A stretch of DNA of 58,831 nucleotides, the filler included, from Sphacelaria rigidula (taxonomy: Eukaryota): assembly GCA_964200075.2 (NCBI GenBank). It is 4 parts of 4 records of this genome, joined end to end, with 100 filler letters (N's around TTAATTAATTAA, not from the genome) between each part and the next. Parts side by side here need not be neighbours in the genome. Positions count along the whole stretch, not along the records: positions 44,203 to 58,831 come from CAXNAA020002135.1; 3 more parts are not named here. One strand, given 5' to 3'. Shown here in pieces: positions 46,846-58,630 of the stretch. The stretch's first letter is position 1. Each line of letters opens with the position of its first letter. The translations under genes were made by a program, and so were the position numbers. The notes beneath the pieces were generated by a model, which was given only the letters and a program-made list of their open reading frames with translations, searched no databases and was not told the origin of the DNA.

Positions 46846-48850
46846 GGCGGATAACGTGGAGGCGCGAAAACGACGATGCGCGGCTCAATGTTTCGAATTT
46901 TCGGGGTGATATTTTGACACGAGAGAAACTGCACCAAGACCCATCCTGTCACCGCTGTCTTCAATTTTTTTCGCTCCCTTCAAGCGATGTAAATATCACC
47001 CAAACAAATTTCATCGCCCGAAGTTGGGGTGGAAACACGAAAAAAGACGGCGGTAACAGGGTAGACCTAAGTGCTGTTTGTCTAATGTCAAAACATCACC
47101 CCGAAACTCGAAAGCGTCAGCCACGCGTGGCCTGTGAACTATGGCGACAGAGCCTTGGCTGGCCCAGCTCGTATTTTGTTCTGGAGTCGATTTTTTTGTT
47201 GAAAAACAAAAAGTCATACAGGAGTCGTATCGTATTCGTGTAGCGGCGAAAGTGCACTGTGACGATGGGTGATGACTGGAACCACGAGACACGAAAACTA
47301 TTTAGAGCAACAGAGAGCGAAGCGAGCTCCCGGAAAACGCCTCAGACACTCTGTAGCGGAGGGCACGCAAGTAAAATATACTCGCATGTACAGGAGACGA
47401 CCTTCGGTGCGGAGAAGAACGTGCATACACTTGGAGCGTTCGCCTTGGAGCAATATTTTGATGGTGTGTTTTACTCGATGCGTGAGTGTGTATCGGAAAT
47501 GTGCTGTCGACGAATAGACGGGGAGAAAAATCGGGGAAGAATAGGCTGACAAAGGAATACCTTGAAATCCTGTACAGGCTGGTTGGTCCTACTACGTGGC
47601 AATCGAAGTGTTACAGGCGATTTTTCGCTATTGCATGCAGCGGCAGTATGTACGTGTGCTGTATGCCTCCCCTGGATACAAGGGCAAGAAACGGTCAACG
47701 TGCCAACGCTCTCCACTGAACACAGTCTACTAGATGCTGCTGATGGATCTGCTGTTCCACGACAACACTACAGACAGTGTGAAGCAATACCACCAACGCA
47801 TGAGGGGTCAGGCAGGCGGTATAGGCCATGAGCGAAGTAAGAAGCACGATGATTGTGCCCATGTTATCTATGGTTGAATTGTCACGACCAAAATGATCAA
47901 TACGGCTAGACAGCGCGAAGTGGATTGCCTGTATCCCACGTGTAGGGTAACAAAGTGAACATTTTGATAGCCGTGATTGGTCAGAATGGTAACTCCGCTT
48001 CCCACGGGTCTCGTTCCTGGCTGATGACTTTCCGTGGGAAGCTTCCACACACACGTGGTCGACTTGGTGAGCTTTTCGTCTGTTTCGCGAACAGGCTCGT
48101 ACCCCGCTGTCAAAAACCATCCTCCCCACCCCCTGGAAACCCACGGATATACCTGGACTGTCAACCTGTAAAACTGTTGCGAGGCGACGCTCGCTATCCG
48201 AGGGTTGATCCTACAGATTTTTTTTTGTTGATTACTCTGTCTGTTTTGATTGAATTTGGGAGGGGGAAGGTCCGCCCTTACATCCGGAACAGTAAAAAGT
48301 GAAAACTCCCCAAGGCATGCCCTGAAGGATTTCACACTGTCGACGCGTATCTGTCCGTTGTCACTTTTTTACGCCCCACCTCTTGAATCTCGAAGAAGAA
48401 ATCCGATGACATGTGTGTTTATTTCCCGAGGGCTTTGAAGATCCCGCACGCTAGTTAGTGCAGACGCTTTCCCAGGTATGTGTGTTGGGTGTGCATGATT
48501 TTTGGGCGACGACGAATTGGGTGTGGAAACAGGTACTGTCCCATTTATCCGGCCTCGGGTGCCAGCAACGGCGACGTCCATACCGAATTGCAGGTCAATC
48601 GAGTAAGAGCTCGTTTATGTTGATTTTTGTATGAAGCCGTCCCGTAGCAGCCGCCATCGGGCTGTATCGGATATACAGCGGCAAAGTGCGGGATGTTGGA
48701 AACCCCCGAGTGATCGCTGCGGCAAGGCGGGGTACTCGGCGGTCGTTGCACGGTGGCACCGGAGGGCATCTTTGCACACGCCGGACGGGCACGAGTGTGC
48801 CTCGTGGCACTCGCACTCGTCGGGCTGCTCGTTGGCCATAAAAAATAATA

Positions 48851-49675
48851 GGGCGAGCACTCGAGTCATTGCTTGTTATGAAAAAAAATAATAGGGCGAG
48901 CGCTCGAGTCATTGCTCGTTGGGGAAGAAAACGAACAGGCCGAGCACTCGAGTCATTGCTCGTTGTGGAAGAAAATAAACAGGCCGAGCACTCGAGTCAT
49001 TGCTCGTTGTGGAAGAAAATAATAGGGCGAGTACTCGATTCATTGCTCGTTGCGAGCACTCGAGTCATTGCTCGTTGTGGAAACAAACTAATAGGGCGAG
49101 CACTCGAGTCATTGCTCGTTGTGGAAAAAAACAAACAGTGCGGGTACTCGAGTCATTGCTCGTTGTGGAAACAAACTAATAGGGCGAGCACTCGAGTCAT
49201 TGCTCGTTGTGGAAACAAACTGATGGGGCGGGTACTCGAGTCATTGCTCGTTATGGAAACAACAACAACAAACAAAACAATCAGGGCGAGCACTCGAGTC
49301 ATTGCTCGTTGTGGAAAAAAACAAACAGGGCGGGTACTCGAGTCATTGCTCGTTGTGGGGAAAAAATCAGTGGGGTGAGCACTCGAGTCATTGCTCGTTG
49401 TGGAAACAAACTAATAGGGCGAGCACTCGAGTCATTGCTCGTTGTGGAAACAAACTAATACGGCGAGCACTCGAGTCATTGCTCGTTGTGGAAAACAAAT
49501 AAAAGGGCATATTCTCGAGTCATTGCTCGTTGTGGAAGAAAATAAACAGGGCGAGCACTCGAGTCATTGCTCGTTGTGGAAACAAACTGATGGGGCGAGC
49601 ACTTGAGTCATTGCTCGTTGTGGGAAAAACAAATAGGGCGAGCACTCGAGTCATTGCTCGTTGTAGAAAAAAGTA
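48851..49675 (+). repeat. Minisatellite: 19 copies of a ~44-bp unit GGGCGAGCACTCGAGTCATTGCTCGTTGTGG + A-rich linker
   Basis: Counted directly. The core is nearly invariant; linkers are ~13-14 nt and recurrent (aaacaaactaata several times). One unit lacks the linker and one has an expanded linker. Confidence 0.97.
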
Positions 49676-52600
49676 ACGACTCGAGCACACGAGCCATGCT
49701 CGTTGTATTTTGAAAACAAAATCCACGGGTGCACCCGTTTCGACGAGTGATGACTCGTCCGACGTGTGCATGTTTGTTCTGTGTTTGGCTGCCGCTCGGC
49801 CTGTTTGCTCCAAAGACACTTTTTTGAGGTGAAGTAGTTGAGGCAGGACCAGCCTGTATGTAGTACAGATGGCGATGACGCTTGCCTCGCCTCGTCTCTC
49901 GTGAATTTTGTTTCGCTGTAGACGTGATATTTTCACATGTACGAACGTGTTCGTTTTTGTCATTTTCTGCCCGTTTTTTTCACTAGCTTATCCAATATGT
50001 GATGGCGATGACAGAACTACGAGACGGAAACTGGGGAGAGTGAGCTGACGAAGAACGCCTTCGAAATTCGGTGCGCTGCGGATGATGACCATGATGCCGC
50101 TGCTGCTCCTGCAGAGGGAGGGAAACCGCTGGCCGCTGGCGCTGGTCAGGTGAGCAAGAACTTTCTTGTATTTTTGTTTTTTGCTGTGGAGGCAGGTGTA
50201 CTTTGCCCTTGCTTTTTATGTTCTGTTTTTACGTGATTTGTTGGGGTTCCACTGTTGATTCAGTTTTGTAGTCTTGGAGCATGACGTATGCTTCTTGGCT
50301 GCTGTGAGAGTCGCGCAGTTGTGTTGAGGTTGATCGGTCGTCGAGCATTGGTTGCTTCGAACTTGTCTCATTTTTCGTTTTTCATGTCTGTTCAGCTGTG
50401 TTTCGTCGTCGCGGTGTTGCGCAGTTGCTTGCCTGCACTTGCTGTTGATGGCTAGCGGCAGGTGAACACAAGCTGTGGTGTTTTTGTGGTCTGTTGGGAC
50501 GGAGCATTTCCTGTTGCTGTGTTGTGTGTTGTGGTGGGAAATGAATACCACGACGTACGACTCTTGCGTCGACTCCTCCGGCCAATGCCCACCGTGCGGG
50601 TGTGGTTGTTGTCTCTGTCCGATCGTGAAGTCGACTCACACGTGCTGTTTCTTCGATTATGTGGGGGTGAGATTCAGTACCTGAAGAAAAAAGGACGAGA
50701 TCGGGATCACGGACCGATACGATACCCTGAGTCGACTCGTACGATGAGTCCGGCAAAACAAAAGGGAGGCTTTGGACTGGAGGGAGTATCACGACCGATA
50801 TGATTACGAGTCGTGACTCACCCGACCGTAGCCTAGACTCCAAAATCAGCCGATGTTCAAAGCGTTGCTAGTTTGTTGTGTTGGCCGTCCGTCTCGAAGT
50901 TTGCGTCGTCGCTTGGGCTCTTGTTGTCTCTGGACTGCTTCGGTGCCCTTGTCGCCGCTGGAGCATACAGTGCTTGGATGCTCGTGTTTGCCGTATCCGA
51001 ATCTTGAATGTTTCCCAAACCCATGTCTCGTCCATCTGCGTTGAGGCGAGTTTGACCGCATGATGAGCGGGGCATCCGCAGTTGTCCCGCGATCGCGCGT
51101 TTTGGGCGCCTCTTGTACTTTCGCTACCCACTTTGTTGTTAATCTGCTCACGATGACCCTTGCTATTCTTTTTGTTTTCCTGCCACCAGTCGACTGTGTT
51201 GGATTGTTGAAAGGCATTGAAGTGTTTTTGTTGGAGCATCATTGACTGTGCCAACACTTTTGAATTTGACGTGGCTTGGCGTGTGAGTCTGCGCTTGTAA
51301 TACTTTCGTGACGAACCGTTGACAGATGCGAAATTTGATATTCTGCTCCTCGATTTGACGCCATGCTTGGGCGCTTTAGGTGGGAGGAGCCGAACGGGAC
51401 GATATTCTGGATGTAGACGAACCGGTCGACGTCAATGGAGTCCGGCTTTCCGACTAGGTCACTGTTTATCGCTACACCAACATATACACCCGTACCCTCC
51501 GGTTGTAGGTGACGGAGTACAGGGCTCTCCACAAACTCATGTTCGGTATGCTGCCCGCGTGAGGATATTCCCTGGGCGTTTCAGTCTTTCAAGGACGGCT
51601 TTGTCGGGAAGTGCGGCGAAGGTTGTGTCATTGTTGATAGTGATGTCTTGTATGTCGCGTAGTTAAGGCCGTCGCTTAAGATGTCAGCAGAATCGGGAAC
51701 TTTCAGGAGTACGAGTAGTGGTGCGCTGTTCGTCTCTTCTTCCTCGGGAAATCAAGGATGAGAACACCAACTCCTCGCGTGGTGAACTGGCGAGTGTATA
51801 CGTGCTCCGTCTCATGACGATATATGCGTGGCACCCAAATGCGTGGTGCACCTTGGATTTCTAGACATGGCACGAGCATACGAATGATCATGGTTTGCCC
51901 TCCGTTTCCGCGAGAGGGATCATGGATCTGGTGTTCTACGAGACATGGGTCTTGATCGTCGTGCACGGTGGATGAGGCAGAGAGTTGCGTCCTGACAAAT
52001 GATGGGTGCTTCGAAGTTAATTGTAAAGTGGGGCTTCACGGCCGGCCGAGTCGTCACAGCACGGCGCTCGCGAATCACTTGCTCTCGGGACCTGATGGCG
52101 CCGGGCTGGGCTTGAGAGTATTAGCTTGTGGGGCCGTTGTGTCAGGCACCTCTGTACAGGCAGTTGTGGAGTTCCGTAAGTAGTGCTACTTGGCACTGGC
52201 ACTCTGAATCTCCCACTGTATCAAGACATGAACAGAATGGCACTGGGAGGGCAATTTGATCTGTTGCAGGCAGGAGGTATTGGATGGGTATCGTTGGTGG
52301 ATCGGGGCCACCGCCTGTTATTTTGTTTTGCTTCGAATGGCGAAGGATCGCGCAGCTCCTTGCGTGTCGTGACCAATGCTAGTTTGGTGCAGTGTGTGGT
52401 CAAGTCTTTTTCTGTACACTGGCGAGCTGTGTTGGTCCGATAACTTCGCTTTTCTCGTCTTGCTACTGTACCTTCTCTCGTGCTTTTGCTCGCGGCACAC
52501 ACGTTTTGCTTTTCCCGACACTGAACGGCACGCTTCGTCGGAACACCGTGATTTTTCTCTTGTCTGTTGCTCGCGGAGACGTTTGGAGAGCGGCGTGCCA

Positions 52601-54909
52601 CGTGTATCTTACGGAAGAGAAGCACTTGATGTTTTCCATCGTGGTAGTGGGCGATTTTTGGTAAGGGTATGCGCGGCGTTACCGCCATTCGGTTCATACA
52701 CGTAGTAGGTACTTTTCTTGTCCATTTTTTCTTTCTTGTTGCCTCGGCGGCCACTGGTGGCGGCGTGGAGACGTCTCTCGTGTGTCGCTCACGGCATCTA
52801 CCCCCTGCATGCGACGCAAATATCCTGATGTTGACTGACGCTAGCACATGAACCTTGTTTTTTCGCATGATTTCTTGCAAGTGTCTTTCGCCGCGCAATC
52901 GGTTATAATTCGACCACATCTTGACCTGATTGGGCTGGTCGCGTGTCGGCGAAAACTCCCTAAGACGATCCGCTCGGAGTGTGTCGGCGACATTGCAAAT
53001 CTCGTGTCGAAACTTGAGGTCCCAACTCGATAATATGAGTTAAACGCGGCGACGTTCAAACATTTTGCGCCAGGATCGCTGGGCATATGATATTACATAT
53101 TACATAGAATGATGAGATTCGGCGACAACTTTGCAACGGCGATGAATCATGGAAGCAGACGCTAACCGCCTTTCTTCTCACCTCGGAACATTTGTTTTTC
53201 TCATGCGAAACTTTCAACACAAGAACCCGACGGAAGTGAAATACAAACACGGTTGGGCGAGTTTCACGACACTAACTTGGCGAATTCCCAAGCTGGATGG
53301 CGGCTCGTGACGGCCTTAACTTGCCGCATTGCATTACAACGATATACTGTAGTCAGATCACCCGGACTTGGTGCTGTTCCAAAATACGACCGACAGCCAA
53401 ACACGGGTTGACTTTCTGTGCCGGCCCAGTTTGTAGCCGTCTGCTGTAAGAAATTCCTATTTGGGAAACTTCGACTCGACACTTTCGAACGAACAAAACC
53501 CGACCGAAGTTAAAGTTGCGTGGAATTCTTGAAGCCACACTTGATCAGTCTGAACAGCTCTGTAGTTGTGATTGGCGCTCAGTTATGTGCCATTTTGAGC
53601 ATTAGGTTGCATGTCGCCCCCACTTTGTTGGAGAGGACTTTTTCGCAGAGGCCGTGTTTTGTCGGGATGACAAACACCAAATTGAGGATTTAGTTTGGTG
53701 TTTGATCGGCCACGCACTCCTCCCCCTCCCCCGCACTGAAGCAAACAAATTCAGACAAATAGAGCTCTCCTACTACACGAAACAAGTTCAGGCAAACCTG
53801 ACCATTGTCACACGTGTTTCATAGTTCCGATCGTTTCTTGAGCTGTTGGAGTACTCTATTTTGTTGAAGAGAAGCAATGCTGCTCGTGGGTTCTCGTGCT
53901 GTGTTGTGGGCGAACCTCGGCACCCTCGAGGGGTGGTGAAATGATACAGACACGACCATCACTTCGTGCTTTGTAGTCATTACCCATCTTGGGTGCTGGT
54001 GCTGTACACTGTAAAACGCTGCTCAGATTGCGTCGTGTTGGGTGATGTCCGAGTGGTTCGTGCGCCTGGGACTAGTATCCTGTTTCCGCCCAGCACTTGC
54101 AAAACGGCTGAGCATTGCTACCGAAGCTTTTACTCCCATTTCCGCATCGGGAACGATACGGTGTGGCCATCACTCGCGGGCATTTTCGTCGGAAACGTTA
54201 GTTCCGCCAAATGCCGAGCCTTTTTTCGCTACGTTTGCGCCCCATGAGAGCCCAAAGACTGCAAATATCGGGTCAAATGCAACTATTTGACGCCGTTGGG
54301 CTCTGTTGGAGTGCGAAAGTGGGAGAGTTTGTATCTGACATTGGGAGTTCGTCATCGACAAAATCCGCTCTTTAAGGGTGCCGTGCCTACTAGCAATGGC
54401 GGCGTGGTGTATCCCAAATTTCGCAGAAATGACTCGTGGTAAGTCGAGTCGGCTCTTCCTTCGTTTTGGGCAGATCTGGGTGCACGCGATGTGGCTGAAG
54501 ATAATATTCTACAAGCAAGAATTACAAGAGAGTTTCGGAGGCACGTATTGTATGTTATCAGCGTACAAGATACATCATCGTGTACAAAGACTTTCCAACA
54601 CTCTTTTTCTTTGCCTGTACAGCAACACGCAGAACTCGAAACGCTGAGAGCACTTTTTGTTTTCCCTCACACCTCGAACCCCTCGTCTTCCTCGGGATGA
54701 GCCCGTGGTCTCAAGGGATCAACCCGTCTCTCCCCTGGTAGGTGCCCTTCATTTTGATCTCGCGGATTGGATCGGCAATCTCGCACCGCGTCAACTCACG
54801 TCACACAAACCCAGTCGACAACTTTTGTTTACTCCACAGACGGCCACTTGGCTACCTCCAAAACTCCTCCAGGTGGGTACACTTTTCGAGCCTACAGAGC
54901 AATGAAACG

Positions 54910-55135
54910 CCTCCGGAGGGGTACGCAGCTCTCCGGAGGAGATTTTTCGGTTTCCTCCAGAGGGATTGAACACCTCCGGAGGCTTATTGTTGCCTCCGGA
55001 GGGCCGCGCATACCCCCAGATTCCTCCGGAGGGGTGCGCGGCCCTCCGAGTTGGTAGAGTCTGGTTACCTCCCGAGGGATGGAAGGTCCCCGGAGGCTTC
55101 TTTTCCCCCTGGAGGGCCGCGCATCCCTCCGGAGG
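54910..55135. repeat. Cluster of ~11 copies (5 exact) of the palindrome CCTCCGGAGG
   Basis: Copies start at about 54910, 54929, 54954, 54973, 54993, 55023, 55044, 55068, 55087, 55106 and 55126. Confidence 0.85.
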
Positions 55136-55559
55136 CATTTTGGGGTGCAGCCGAATGGCGTCGTGTGTCACGTTCTCACGCTTTCCACGGTGGAAATCAT
55201 ACATTACGAAGAAAAAACCCAACGCATCGGGAGTCGAGCCCCCGTTCTCTCCACCTAATGGCGACAGTCGGACCATTATCACACCACTGGGGCGCGGCTA
55301 TGCGAATCAAAATGACAAAAACCGAGCACACCAAGCAGCTGGGAACGCCCACGCTTGGGATAGTCTTCACCGATGTCGCCTATAGGAGGCGCCTCATGCA
55401 GTCTTGAAGCCAGCTATCACGCGCTGTATAGCCACGTTCTTTTTGACAGTTTTGGGACTGATTCGGGGGGGGGGGGATCATCGCGGCATCACTCGTGAGT
55501 AGCGAATAACGGATGACGAGATTCGACGCGGGTCGAGTTTGCTGATCCAGTCTGCTATA

Positions 55560-55748
55560 CCACTGGAATTTTTCACACCCTGGACAATATATAGTCAAAA
55601 TATGCAATAGACGAGAAGTGTACTGCATAAAGTATGGGCCTATTGCGACTATTGCCGGCCGACAATGGTCGCAAAAGGCCCATTCTTTATGCAGTACACT
55701 TCTCGTCTATTGCCCGTATATTTCCCAAGGTGTGGAATTTTCCCACGA
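55560..55748. mobile_element. Palindromic MITE-like family, copy 2 (best preserved)
   Basis: gcaatagacgagaagtgtactgcataaag / ctttatgcagtacacttctcgtctattgc is a perfect 29-bp inverted match inside a ~190-bp palindrome. Confidence 0.88.
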
Positions 55749-55954
55749 ATTTTCGTGTATCACATATAGTTGAGCGTATACCGTCTACCGAGATATGCCG
55801 TAAATCAACAAGGCAAGCCCCAACAAGCAAGGAGCGGGCCAAATCTGGTGGAACCCGCGGTGTTCCTCAGATAGTATGGCGCACCACGAGTGTGCTGTTG
55901 ATTATATTGTTGATTGCTGTACCTCATGCTGTCCTGTGTCTCGTGGCGGGCCAG

Positions 55955-57172
55955 AATATGTACGTGGGGACATACCTTCGAGACGTGCAGGTGGTGGCTC
56001 AGCCGGGGGAGAAGCTGAACACGGCCATCGCGTGGAGCGCTCTACGCAACGTTGAGTTTCTCGTCAATGGGAGCAGGTAACACCGCGTTGAATTCTTGTC
56101 TCATGAGTCTTGGTGATGATGTTTTGTTTCTTGCCTTCCTCTGCGGGCTGTGTGATTTATGGGTATGGGTGGTACGCGCCTTGCACTCTGTGACCACGGG
56201 TTCGAGCGATCGAGGTGATGTGGCGAACATGATAATTAAACATAATAACGAGGCATAATAATAAGACATAACTCGCTGTTCACTTTAGTGTTGATTTTTC
56301 CCACCAGCGATCGTTTTTTGTGTGTATGTGCAACTATTAATAGTACTACGATGTCTTTGAAGAAGTACAAGAAAAACAAAAGCTGTCGTGTCTGTTTACT
56401 TCACATTCTTCTTCAGCGAGTGTTGTTTACATTTTGCTTTCATCTCGGGGTTGTCTATTATGCGCATAATGACACGGGCATAAAAACTGGTCGCCCCGGT
56501 GGCTCAGCTGGTAACCTCGAAACCTTCCGACAGTTGGGTGAAGGATTCGAATCTCGGTGCCGTCACACGATCTGGGATGTTTTCTCACACAATGCCCAAC
56601 AGTGGAGAGCGACTATGTCGTGGGTACACAAAATTTCGACTCAACGGTCGACGAGGGAAAAGGACTGCTGAACCCCTCTCGCGATAAACAATGAGGCGAG
56701 CACCGCAGAAGGAAGGTGGGGTACTAAAACGAAGGAAAATAAAAGGTGCAGACTGGCGTCCAGAATAGACGGGATGACAACACAACACGAAACAATGATC
56801 ATCGCTGGATCCTTGGAGGATCACTCAAAGTGAGACACCAATCAATCAACCAATCAATGAATTAACCAGTAAGACACTGCTCGCGTACCCTTCCTTCTGC
56901 CGGTCGTTAAAACAGGGAGGAAAGACTGAGAAAAGAATATAAAAAAACGAGCAGCATGTGAACGGTGAATAATGACTGAGAGTATGCTTACAACTTACTA
57001 CCCGTTTGTGGGCGTGTGTTTGTGTGCGTAATTTTGCCTGCTCCATCAGATGTACTATCTACACGGCCATGTACAGGGAGCACTCGGTCGTGGTGAAGCT
57101 CATGCGGAAGGACGTGCAGGACGCGTCAGCGGTGCGGCGTGAGCTAGAGCTTGAACTTGAGCTTCTCCGAAG
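55955..57172 (+). CDS. Protein kinase (TKL-like), two internal N-lobe exons: 55955-56076 and 57050-57172; the gene continues beyond the window
   Basis: cag...AG|gtaaca and cag...AG|gtcagt with matching phase 2. The spliced peptide NMYVGTYLRDVQVVAQPGEKLNTAIAWSALRNVEFLVNGSR|CTIYTAMYREHSVVVKLMRKDVQDASAVRRELELELELLR contains the I.W..L lead-in, subdomain I (degenerate Gly loop), VxVK (II) and the alphaC Glu (III). Confidence 0.85.
56489..56690 (+). mobile_element. tRNA-derived SINE-like element in the kinase intron
   Basis: ggtcgccccggtggctcagctggtaacctcg...ggattcgaatctcggtgc head shared with 44031 and 58773; the 3' boundary is approximate. Confidence 0.7.
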
Positions 57173-57376
57173 GTCAGTTGCAACCCCGTTATGTGGGGGT
57201 ATTCCGGAGTGCCCGGTTTCGTGTAACGTGACATTTTTCACGTACCTCCTGCAGTACTTGTACAGTGCTCACGGGTTGGGGCGCCCAGGCGATAGCACCT
57301 CAGTCAGATCCTTCCTTTTCCTCGACGCTCATCTTTTCGAGGTGACTTGTTTGTGCAGGTGCTGATGTATTTCGAG

Positions 57377-57610
57377 TAACCCTAACCCTAACCCCAACCC
57401 CAACCCCAACCCCAACGAAGACATACCGAGAACCTTCGGGCAAGGGGGTGCAACGTGTTTCCTAGGCAAAGTTTGCGTTGCCAGACCTCAAATCGGCGCC
57501 CCAGGCGCCGATTCAGACAAAAACGCGTTCTGCGCGCGCTAGGAGCACGCCAGGAGCATGGACCCCTCCAAGGATTCGGATTTCGGTGTTCACACTAAAA
57601 TCCACTACTG
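57377..57610 (+). repeat. Dispersed repeat with telomere-like (TAACCC)n/(CAACCC)n array, copy 2
   Basis: taaccctaaccctaaccccaaccccaacc... followed by ~190 bp homologous to 2650-2860. Confidence 0.8.
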
Positions 57611-57944
57611 CACCTGTCCACAAACCGGAAATTTCCGAGAACTATATGTCAACTACCGAGTGGTGGAGTCTACTTATCTTTTTGTATTGTTTTGGAAACA
57701 CTCCCGGCAGTGTCTCGATATCCTAGGTAGGTCTCATAATCCAGACTAGTCTCGTTTGTGTGAAAAGGTCACGAGTCTTTGACATACTGCAGTAAATGCC
57801 CGGCGCCCCAGTGGTCTAAATTGAAATGGTACATCGATAATAGCTTTGTTAGATCTGCCTCATGTAAGGAATAGCAGTGACGGTACTGCAAAAGGTGGGT
57901 CTACGTCTGTGATCACGGGTTTGAAAGATCGGGCTAATGTGCGG

Positions 57945-58050
57945 GAATAATGATGATGATGATGATGTCAATGATGATGAGAATAATAGTCAGTAATGCA
58001 TAAATTATAATAGTGACAACAACAATGATAACAACAATAGCGACAATAAT
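57945..58050. repeat. Degenerate trinucleotide microsatellite (ATG/ATA/ACA)n
   Basis: Seen directly; (TA)n also occurs at 58577-58601 and (CAACAG)n at 8764-8788. Confidence 0.85.
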
Positions 58051-58630
58051 GCGAATATCGATACCTGGTGATGAGCCACGGCTGACGCGCAGGGCAGGAG
58101 TGCCGCAGGTATCAACACAGATCTCGCGCGTGTGGAGGTTTTGAACAAAATGAAGGACGAAAATGATCCTGACGATAACCATAACTTGTTAGAACACGAT
58201 GCGTAAGCAGGTGGGAACCTTCAACCTCACGGCTAACCGTAACCACCATGAACGAAAATAAGCCTCATCGTGTTTCCCCCATCCCAGCAGCGCTAAAAAC
58301 AGAGGAGAATCTATCTCAAAGAAGCAAGTCTAGTTTTTTGTTGGCGTTGAGTCTCATGCGTGCTTCTGACGTTCGGCAACTTGCGTCATTGTCGTCTCGC
58401 GTCTTGTGTAAAACGTCTATCCCTATCGGGCGGCGGACGTCATGTACACTACAGTGCAGTACATGGACATCCAAGCTTTGCGTCAAATTGAACACGCGTC
58501 TTCTGTATACAGTACCGCCTGTCCCTGTTGGGCAACGAACGTCATATATTGCATATACTGCATTGAAGCACATGGATATATATATATATATATATATATA
58601 TTTGAGCCATCCACACTCTGTATCAAGTTC

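Larger units (their letters stand above)
44460..51457 (+). pseudogene. EB1: EB1/MAPRE (RP/EB family) C-terminal EBH region, frameshifted; exons 44460-44553, 50015-50149 and probable last exon 51380-51457
   Basis: Exon 1 (cag...CAG|gtgcga, 94 nt) reads ERDEVIVTMAAVEKE[+1 frameshift]YFDKLREIELFLQ, matching EB1 LEKERDFYFxKLRxIExxxQ. Exon 2 (cag...CAG|gtgagc) reads NYETETGESELTKNAFEIRCAADDDH, compared with IxxILYATDE. Exon 3 is an acidic tail VGGAERDDILDVDEPVDVNGVRLSD*. CH-domain exons were not found. Confidence 0.78.

Noticed and set aside
47540-47840. Exon-like plus-strand segments (EYLEILYRLVG..., MLLMDLLFHDN...) and a similar one at ~51980-52175
   Set aside because: They could not be phased into neighbouring genes or recognised, and the EB1 exons join correctly without them.
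48851-49675. CRISPR array
   Set aside because: Linkers are only ~13-14 nt, A-rich, related to each other and repeated. No cas genes or leader are present, and the context is a eukaryotic intron.
48869-49963. Repetitive ORFs (RASTRVIARCG / LESLLVVE repeats)
   Set aside because: By-products of the 44-bp array; the period is not a multiple of three.
52200-54500. piggyBac-like fossil on the minus strand
   Set aside because: Only vague motif echoes across different frames, with no intact catalytic motifs; not supportable by eye.
50015-57172. EB1-kinase fusion gene (the phase-0 donor at 50149 is compatible with the phase-0 acceptor at 55955)
   Set aside because: A nearer phase-0 exon (51380-51457) supplies an acidic EB1-like tail and a stop, and phase compatibility alone is a 1-in-3 coincidence. 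RNA-seq could still test it.
57377-57416. True telomere or chromosome-fusion scar
   Set aside because: Only ~6 degenerate units, attached to a dispersed repeat body that recurs at 2650-2860.
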